Positions 9,250 through 15,609 of a stretch of DNA of 15,609 nt are shown in pieces (the first letter of the stretch is position 1; each line of letters starts with the position of its first letter). The notes beneath the pieces are model-generated. The model ran no database searches. It saw only the letters and a program-made list of their open reading frames with translations, and was not told the origin of the DNA. A program made the translations under genes and the position numbers. The stretch comes from Promethearchaeota archaeon (GTDB lineage Archaea; Asgardarchaeota; Hermodarchaeia; Hermodarchaeales; Hermodarchaeaceae), in assembly GCA_048939245.1 (NCBI GenBank), contig JBHLPR010000052.1, positions 1 to 15,609 of the forward strand, in the 5' to 3' direction.

Positions 9250-9252
9250 TGG

Positions 9253-9708
9253 ATGCCGGATACTATCGTTGAATATCGGAATAGGATTATTGAACAAGTA
9301 ATGAGGGTTTTTACTCCTCGTGTATATTTACAAGACTCTACACAAGAGGTCGATGAAGTAAAACCTGGTGAAAAATATGCACTACATTTCGACATTGGAT
9401 GTGTTAATCCTCCTGAAAATCTTCGATTTACTCAAATTACTCTTCGTGTACAAGGTGAGCCCGATGAAATTGACTTCTATACAAACGACCAATGTAATCA
9501 AGTCAGGCCAAGAGACTATCAAGGAAAACCTCGGGTGTACCTAATAAAAATTGGTGAGGAATTCTGGGTGTATAAAGTGAATACGCTTCCATATGCATAT
9601 TTCTTCGCTCATAAAAGAACAAAGAAGCTTACATTTACTATAGGGGTTTATGCCCACCTTATTCCTCTGGGGAAACGGTGGTTTACAGTTTCTCCTGAAC
9701 CTTGGTGA
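9253..9708 (+). CDS. Hypothetical protein, paralog 3 of a tandem triplet
   Basis: 151 aa; same two motifs; starts 3 nt after paralog 2, with a GGAGGAG ribosome-binding site inside the end of paralog 2. Confidence 0.85.
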   Translation: MPDTIVEYRNRIIEQVMRVFTPRVYLQDSTQEVDEVKPGEKYALHFDIGCVNPPENLRFTQITLRVQGEPDEIDFYTNDQCNQVRPRDYQGKPRVYLIKIGEEFWVYKVNTLPYAYFFAHKRTKKLTFTIGVYAHLIPLGKRWFTVSPEPW

Positions 9709-9891
9709 CCAATATTTAGCTTAGTAGCTATCGGTAACTACACTTCAAATACGAACATAACACTCAGAATAAGCAACCAGAAGCGCAAATCCTTACCCTG
9801 AGTGATTCAAGAGATATTCACTATGACCCTTTTTTTGACATAACCACTCACTCCAGGCAAATCAATTACCTGTCCAAGTGGCGTTCTGCGT

Positions 9892-10107
9892 GTGAAGATT
9901 CCGGAGTCGATGATGACCAAGCTCGAGGAGTTGAAGGGCATCGAAGATAAGGTTGTACGAAAGGAGAAAATCGCCGAATACAATGTGGAGTATTATGGTG
10001 AATTTCTCCGTGAACTTCGTAAGACCACCCATGCTGCGGGCTGCCACATTATGGCAGTGAAGTGGGAAGAGCTCATTCCACCCATTATTGAAGCGTCTAG
10101 CGGCTAA
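9892..10107 (+). pseudogene. metF: 5'-truncated metF fragment (last 71 codons of a second, diverged metF)
   Basis: Aligns without gaps to metF 7844-8059 with 46/71 identical residues, including AAGCHIMAVKWEELIPP, and stops at the equivalent codon. Upstream in-frame sequence is not MetF-like and hits TAA at 9841. Confidence 0.85.
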
Positions 10108-11234
10108 ATTACCTTAGTAAAGTCTATGACCAGTTGATGAAGCCTCTTTAGACTAGTGATGGCCATAGCGGTGCCATATTTCCAATTCCATGAGCCCAGG
10201 CCACATTCGGGACCGGCAAAAGGAATGCGATCGAGCCCATAACGATTGACAGCCGTTTGAAGATAGTGCATCATCTTCTCTTTTGTTTGTATATAGGGAT
10301 GAAAATCGCCAGATTGGATTTGGTCCCATGCATATCGGAGATCGCTGGTGTCAGGGATGGTGGGTCCATCGGTTCGCATCACCGCAGCACGGAGGAACTT
10401 GTCATTATCGATGAGCCAGGTTTTGGAGACAACGACTCCGAGATGTGCTTCTAGGAGGTTCCAATCAGCTGAAGCGAGTTGATGATAGGGTGACGCGTGA
10501 AGGTGCAAGCCCCGATACTGGTTAGATGGAATGACGGAGAAGATGCGGTTCCAATTGGTGATGAGGTGGGATAAGTGAGGATCTGTTTTCGTATCGGTGA
10601 ATAGGTCTCCGACACCAGTGACTCCGATGGAGGGTTCGTCCAATGTCATGACACGGGGTTGGAGATACTTGGTCTGGATTTGTGCGTTTTTCATATAGGA
10701 TTGGACTATATCTGTAAAGGCTTCGATAAGTGCTTCATCGTATCGGAGGTTAATGCCCATACTTCGCCAAAGGCGGCTAGACATTTCGAAGGGTCCAGTA
10801 ATGCAGGCACGGTATTCGATAGTGTCAATCCCGAATTCTTGACAGATAGTTTTGGCGCTTTGTTTGAGAGCAAGCATTTCAGCAACTTTGGCTCTTTCTG
10901 GTGGAAGTCGAATGGGGGTTCCATCCCAAAGATAGGTATCAGTCTCTTTTTGGAGCCCTTTTCCATGGCGTACGATTGGATCAAGGAACTGGCTCAACAT
11001 ATCCCGATCAATACTACTTTGAACATAGCAGGGTACGCTCACTTGTGAGCCTAATGCCGCCATTTTCTGTGTGAAAGCTGCATTATGTTCGTGGATGAAG
11101 TAAGTTGCAGCTTCTGTGTTTCTTCCATCCTCAAGGTCAGCTGCGCCGCGGATGTATTGTTTCAGGTCGATACCAATTAATGGAAAACTTCCTACATCAG
11201 TTGGTCGGATCTGAAGAGCTGCATTCTTCACCAC
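10104..11234 (-). CDS. Single-barrel (core) methionine-synthase-like protein, MetE/UroD TIM-barrel superfamily
   Basis: Motifs DVGSFP, CITGPFE, LDEPS, GLHLHA and GPECGLG resemble the MetE catalytic barrel. At 376 aa it lacks the N-terminal folate-binding barrel. Confidence 0.75.
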   Translation of the reverse strand: MVKNAALQIRPTDVGSFPLIGIDLKQYIRGAADLEDGRNTEAATYFIHEHNAAFTQKMAALGSQVSVPCYVQSSIDRDMLSQFLDPIVRHGKGLQKETDTYLWDGTPIRLPPERAKVAEMLALKQSAKTICQEFGIDTIEYRACITGPFEMSSRLWRSMGINLRYDEALIEAFTDIVQSYMKNAQIQTKYLQPRVMTLDEPSIGVTGVGDLFTDTKTDPHLSHLITNWNRIFSVIPSNQYRGLHLHASPYHQLASADWNLLEAHLGVVVSKTWLIDNDKFLRAAVMRTDGPTIPDTSDLRYAWDQIQSGDFHPYIQTKEKMMHYLQTAVNRYGLDRIPFAGPECGLGSWNWKYGTAMAITSLKRLHQLVIDFTKVI

Positions 11235-11335
11235 AATGGATGCCTCAGGTCATTTGGATTGTAGGGAATAACCTTGATGAAATATGTAGCACAGCTACCT
11301 TAAGGCATTAGCTCACAATAGTGTGAAAATGGTAA

Positions 11336-12478
11336 CTAAACGGTTGACTTGGCAGATTTCTTGGTCTTCTTTGTAGTTGGTTTGACATCTTCCTTTACAG
11401 GCCAACGACTCCCATGTTCCAATGCCCGATCAATAGCGATCTCTGCAATTGCGCTAGCGTGTTCGAGTATTTTTCCGAAAGATTCAAAGATGTTCTCCAA
11501 ACAAAACATAGCTTTCTGGCGTGGCCCAAAAAGAGCACAACTTTCAGGCGTGAGTTGGGGCAGCATTTTTTCACAAAGTGTTACTAAATGTTGTTCCATC
11601 AATTCCTCAGCTTGCTGGCGCATTGGTACGAAATGATCAATCTCGTTGATGACATGATTTGCGGCTTTGTCATCGCCAATGAGCATGGCTTCAGCAGCCA
11701 TAACATAGATGCGATGAACGTGGTTTCCTGTTTTCAGCGCTAGATTCAAGAGATCCTTGGGGCATTCTTCATTACCCAGAGAAATTACTGACTCAGCGAT
11801 ACCTTTTGCATGATCAGCGACGTTTTCAATGCGCTGGATGAACATGAGATAGGTCAAACAGTCCATGGAATCGATGCTTAGTTCATTCATGAACCGTGGA
11901 TCGAGCAATGCAGCACGAAGTTGTTTGAAGACTAAGAAGTAAAATTGATTGACATCTTCGTCGAGGCCAATAACGGTTTTCGCGAGTTCAACGTCACGAA
12001 TTTGGAGTGCGGAAAGGGCATCTACTAACATGGTGGATGTGATACGGTGGGCGAGGCGCATGCTCTTGGGTAAATCTAGTTGATTTAATTTCATTAGGGA
12101 TTGAATAACGATTTCATTTGTACTTGCGTCAATAATTTGCAGTCCTGTGAGCATACGCACGCGTTTGCGAACCAATGATTGTTGCTCAGGTGTGAATACA
12201 CCTCTGGAACGGATTCGGATAATGCCGAAATTATTAAGATATGCAGCGATAAGGCGCCGTTCTAAAATTCCAGGTTCATCCTTTGGGTCTATCATGATTT
12301 CTTGTTCAGAGGGCTCATCTGAGAATTCTTTGACTGGGTAGACGGCTAGAGATCCGTCGCGTTGAGGGATAAGAATTACATGATTAGAGGAGTCCAACTT
12401 GTATTTACTTGCCCAACTTTTGGGTATGGAGATGACTAGCGAGGATTTACCTAGGCGCATGATTTTCCGTTTTTCCAT
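11336..12478 (-). CDS. phoU: Archaeal phosphate uptake regulator, AbrB N-terminal domain plus PhoU domains
   Basis: MEKRKIMRLGKSSLVISIPKSW (AbrB-like), RRLIAAYL, LDEDVNQFY, IENVADHA. ATG 12478 is preferred over the GTG at 12514. Confidence 0.9.
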   Translation of the reverse strand: MEKRKIMRLGKSSLVISIPKSWASKYKLDSSNHVILIPQRDGSLAVYPVKEFSDEPSEQEIMIDPKDEPGILERRLIAAYLNNFGIIRIRSRGVFTPEQQSLVRKRVRMLTGLQIIDASTNEIVIQSLMKLNQLDLPKSMRLAHRITSTMLVDALSALQIRDVELAKTVIGLDEDVNQFYFLVFKQLRAALLDPRFMNELSIDSMDCLTYLMFIQRIENVADHAKGIAESVISLGNEECPKDLLNLALKTGNHVHRIYVMAAEAMLIGDDKAANHVINEIDHFVPMRQQAEELMEQHLVTLCEKMLPQLTPESCALFGPRQKAMFCLENIFESFGKILEHASAIAEIAIDRALEHGSRWPVKEDVKPTTKKTKKSAKSTV

Positions 12479-12678
12479 AACTCTGCCCTTCTTAGTTAGT
12501 ATTAGCACCCGCACTGATAGCTACGCTTTAGTGCTGTCTATATATCTTGCTAAGCGTCAATATTTTTCATACAAAATCTATGCTGACAATACTTTCCAAA
12601 CGCGTGGAATTATGCAACCCTTTTTAAGCACTAATAGCTGCCAGCTATTTAAACCAGGCTCTGAACCAGGTGAGGATC

Positions 12679-12969
12679 ATGGGACAGATGCAATATGTTG
12701 AAATTATTATCCGCGGCGATTTAATGCTCCGACAAATCATCCGAAAAATTGGTGAACAACTTCAAGAAAAAGACATAGAAGCGGATTTCAGTTCTACAGT
12801 TGTTGTACCACATTGGCGAATGGCTACAAAACTTCAATACCCTTCGCTCGGAGTGCTGCATGCAGAAGTTACAGCCAAGGATATGTTTCGTTTTGAAGCG
12901 CTACTACAAGAGCTGCTTGAACAGGAGCAATGCCAACTGATTGCTCTGAACAAGCTAGAAAAACGCTAA
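12679..12969 (+). CDS. Small hypothetical protein, possibly ACT/ferredoxin-like fold
   Basis: ATG 12679 follows GGTGAGG. The residue pattern suggests beta-alpha-beta-beta-alpha-beta. First gene of a tightly spaced operon. Confidence 0.6.
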   Translation: MGQMQYVEIIIRGDLMLRQIIRKIGEQLQEKDIEADFSSTVVVPHWRMATKLQYPSLGVLHAEVTAKDMFRFEALLQELLEQEQCQLIALNKLEKR

Positions 12970-12992
12970 GAAACGAATTTGGGGGAATTTAG

Positions 12993-14447
12993 GTGGCAGA
13001 TATTTACCGAGACCAAGACGAAGTCCCTCCAGACTCAATTGACGCCACCCAAAAAGACGACGAAGAGCGTCATTTCGCCCAACCTAAATGGCGTCCAGGA
13101 AAAAACTTTGTAAAACTTGTTGCAAGTTTAATTGCAGCCACTGTCACCTATCTAATGACCTTTTTCCTGGAACCACAGCTTCGGATGGCATTGGTACTGC
13201 TGGTATTAGCTGCAGCCTTGTGGATTACGGAATCAATTCCCCTTGCGGCTACTTCATTGTTGATTGCCCTACTTCAGCCGTTATGGGGAATCCAAACTTT
13301 TGATGATGCCCTGACCCCATTTTTCAGTCCCGTTGTTGTTTTGCTGCTTGGTGGCTTCTTCTTAGCCATTGCAGTCGATAGACATGATTTAGATGAACGC
13401 ATCGGAGAAGCCCTACTCAAACGGTTGGGTACTAATCCTCGTTGGATTGTATTAGGTTTGATGCTAGGCACAGCTGTGCTATCTATGTGGATTTCAAACA
13501 CCGCTGCTGCTGCATTAATGATAACTATCGCAATTCCTGTTGCTGATCGCGTTCCAGATCCAAAGGGAAAACTGCAAAAAATTATGATTTTAGCTGTAGC
13601 CTATGCCGCTTCAATAGGAGGGTACATGACACTTATTGGAAGTCCTCCGAACGCGATGGCAGCTGCTTTCCTTGCCCTCCCGCCCACAACTATTTTCATT
13701 TCCTTTTTGGGCTGGTCTCTATATACACTTCCCATGGCGTTAATCTTAATCTTTATCACCTGGGCGATTCTCTTTGCCCGTTTTCGAACGAACGTGAAAT
13801 TCATCCCCGCTGTGGAAACCAAGGAAAAACGAAAGCTTAGTGGGAAACAAAAGGGGACTCTGGTTGTTTTTCTGTTAGCAGTGGTGCTTTGGCTTTCGGA
13901 GCCGTTTCATCCCTTGAACTCACCGATGGTAGCGGTGGCTGTGGCCATTGTGCTATTCGCTGTCGGTCTACTCAAGAAAGATGATGTGAAAAAAGCCGAT
14001 TGGAACACCCTACTCCTGTTTGGAGGAGGTTTAAGCCTAGGAGCAGCATTAACTGCCTCTGGGCTATCAACCATAATTAGTAATGGAGTTCTCACCTTAA
14101 TTCCGCTATTAGGATATAGTGGAATAGTTGTACTCCTTGCAGCCTGTGCTCTTATCTTCAGTATGGTTGCAAGCAATACGGCCAGTGCCAGTATCTTCAT
14201 TCCCATTGCCATTTCCGTTGCAGTGAGCATTGGAGCCAACCCCGTTGTCTTTGCGGTCCTTATCGCAATCGCGTGTAGTATTGATTTCATGCTTCCGATT
14301 GGAACGCCTCCCAATGCCATTGCTTATAGCACAGAAAGAGTGACCATGAAGGATATGATAACCACAGGGATTACCCTAAACCTTCTTAGTCTCTTGATAG
14401 TCCTGTTATTCGCCTTTTTCATCTGGCCATTCATTCCCATAATCTAA
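12993..14447 (+). CDS. DASS/SLC13 family divalent anion:Na+ symporter
   Basis: Many hydrophobic helices; WITESIPLAATSLL, two SNT motifs (SMWISNTA, SMVASNTA) and two PPN motifs (IGSPPNA, IGTPPNA). Confidence 0.92.
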   Translation: MADIYRDQDEVPPDSIDATQKDDEERHFAQPKWRPGKNFVKLVASLIAATVTYLMTFFLEPQLRMALVLLVLAAALWITESIPLAATSLLIALLQPLWGIQTFDDALTPFFSPVVVLLLGGFFLAIAVDRHDLDERIGEALLKRLGTNPRWIVLGLMLGTAVLSMWISNTAAAALMITIAIPVADRVPDPKGKLQKIMILAVAYAASIGGYMTLIGSPPNAMAAAFLALPPTTIFISFLGWSLYTLPMALILIFITWAILFARFRTNVKFIPAVETKEKRKLSGKQKGTLVVFLLAVVLWLSEPFHPLNSPMVAVAVAIVLFAVGLLKKDDVKKADWNTLLLFGGGLSLGAALTASGLSTIISNGVLTLIPLLGYSGIVVLLAACALIFSMVASNTASASIFIPIAISVAVSIGANPVVFAVLIAIACSIDFMLPIGTPPNAIAYSTERVTMKDMITTGITLNLLSLLIVLLFAFFIWPFIPII

Positions 14448-14464
14448 ACTAAAGGAAGGAACAA

Positions 14465-15241
14465 ATGATGTTTGCGGAATACGACCCCGTGCGGATAATC
14501 AAGCACGTCTTTGGCGTTCACCCCGATCAGATAGCACCAACCGTGCTCATTGCGCCTGCAAGACACTTCGTTACTGAGTTCATAGAAAGGCTTCAGAAAC
14601 CTCAGCCATTTGGAAGATGGTTTACAGGAGTTTCAGGCTTTTTAGAAGATGAGAGAGTTGTTACCGTGTTAGATAATATTCGGTATGCACCGGGTATGGC
14701 AGATTGTGTATACTTTCTCCAGTTTGCAGGAGTGAAGCAGATTCTCTATACTGGGGCCATTGGGGGCTTGGCAAAGGGGATGCAAATTGGTGATTTGGTA
14801 CTGGCAAAGGATTGCGAACGGGGCGATGGGGCTTCAGGGTATTTTGCATCGCTTTTCGAAAGAGCCTGTGTGTGCACCGAGTTAGCCAAGAAAGTGCGAC
14901 CAGTTTTAGAATCTGTGGCTGATAAAGAAGGGCTTCAACTTTTTGAAGGGCGTATTTTCACCACTGATTCGCTTGCTGCAGAAACCATCGATTTTCTCAC
15001 AGCGCTATCGGTGCAGTCGTTTGTTGGGATAGAAATGGAAACCAGTGCGTTATACACTGTTGCTGAGAGTGCAGGGATGGATGCGGTTGCCGCTCATGTG
15101 GTCTCGGATTTACCGCTGCAAGGGAAGAGTCTTTTTGATGACTTGACGAAAAAGGAAAAAGAAAGAAGGGTAAGCGCCCAGTCGGCAATCATCAATGCGT
15201 TATCACAGTCGATTGTTGCATTGATGAAAGAGGACGAATAG
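14465..15241 (+). CDS. Nucleoside phosphorylase family protein (PNP/UDP fold)
   Basis: Motifs TGAIGGL...IGDLVL, RGDGAS, IFTTDS, IEMETSALY and VVSD. GGAAGGA ribosome-binding site upstream. Confidence 0.85.
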   Translation: MMFAEYDPVRIIKHVFGVHPDQIAPTVLIAPARHFVTEFIERLQKPQPFGRWFTGVSGFLEDERVVTVLDNIRYAPGMADCVYFLQFAGVKQILYTGAIGGLAKGMQIGDLVLAKDCERGDGASGYFASLFERACVCTELAKKVRPVLESVADKEGLQLFEGRIFTTDSLAAETIDFLTALSVQSFVGIEMETSALYTVAESAGMDAVAAHVVSDLPLQGKSLFDDLTKKEKERRVSAQSAIINALSQSIVALMKEDE

Positions 15242-15251
15242 GCGCGAGATT

Positions 15252-15596
15252 TTAGGCTTTTCCAGCGAAGATGAGAATCACACCGATTAGCATCAAGATT
15301 CCGACGAGGGCAGTGAGACTCAAACTGATTCCACCAAGAGCAATGAAGATGATTGAGAAGACTAGTAATAGGATGAAATAGGTTGAATTGTATCGACGGT
15401 AAAGGCGCATGCAGAAGACAAGTGATAGTAACCCGAGTGCGAAGTAAATGATGCCGAGGGCAATGCGTACAAGATCTACACTAAGAAGCGAGTTTGCCAA
15501 GTCCGAGACGCCGAGGAGAATTGCGATGATTGCAGCGACTAATGCAAGCACAATTCCTGTTAGTACTAATGCGTTGGTTTTAGCCAATATGTTCAC
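15252..15596 (-). CDS. Small hypothetical membrane protein (~4 transmembrane helices)
   Basis: 114 aa, mostly hydrophobic in four stretches. Converges on the phosphorylase gene with a 10-nt gap. Start is near the window edge. Confidence 0.7.
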   Translation of the reverse strand: MNILAKTNALVLTGIVLALVAAIIAILLGVSDLANSLLSVDLVRIALGIIYFALGLLSLVFCMRLYRRYNSTYFILLLVFSIIFIALGGISLSLTALVGILMLIGVILIFAGKA

Positions 15597-15609
15597 CTGC
15601 CATCTCTGC

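Larger units (their letters stand above)
7844..10107 (+). repeat. Imperfect 216-bp direct repeat pair (7844-8059 and 9892-10107) bracketing a ~1.8-kb insert
   Basis: Codon-by-codon alignment of the two metF 3' ends. Confidence 0.85.

Noticed and set aside
9892-10107. metF repeat pair as a diversity-generating retroelement TR/VR pair or an att-site duplication
   Set aside because: Differences are concentrated at synonymous positions and are not adenine-specific. There is no long exact core, and no reverse transcriptase or integrase in the window.
924-15188. Remaining short ORFs overlapping called genes (e.g. 982-1437, 5340-5558, 7489-7788, 9862-10047, 10659-11048, 12399-12701, 13907-14320)
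   Set aside because: They are antisense or alternate-frame overlaps of well-supported CDSs with no recognisable motifs.
1-15609. tRNA, rRNA, CRISPR array, IS element with terminal inverted repeats
   Set aside because: None was recognised by eye in the intergenic regions, and no transposase motif was found.

Overview
This is an archaeal-looking chromosomal window. Its AbrB-PhoU regulator, archaeal-type HD-NN histidine kinase, single-barrel methionine-synthase-like protein and GGTGA/GGAGG ribosome-binding sites fit an anaerobic archaeon. An Asgard-like lineage is plausible but only inferred. In order it contains: the 5' part of hdrA (minus strand, missed by the ORF track because it runs off the edge), an MBL-fold hydrolase, a 4-PAS histidine kinase with a stand-alone receiver, a free-standing HTH/double-LAGLIDADG/HTH protein, metV-metF, three tandem mutually homologous ~155-aa genes of unrecognised family, an orphan second copy of the last 71 codons of metF, a core methionine-synthase-like gene, phoU, an ACT-like/DASS transporter/nucleoside phosphorylase operon and a small membrane protein. 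The most striking structure is 7844-10107: the unknown three-paralog cassette lies between two diverged (46/71 aa identical) versions of the metF 3' end, close to a LAGLIDADG-type nuclease gene. No tRNA, rRNA, CRISPR array or integrase was recognised.
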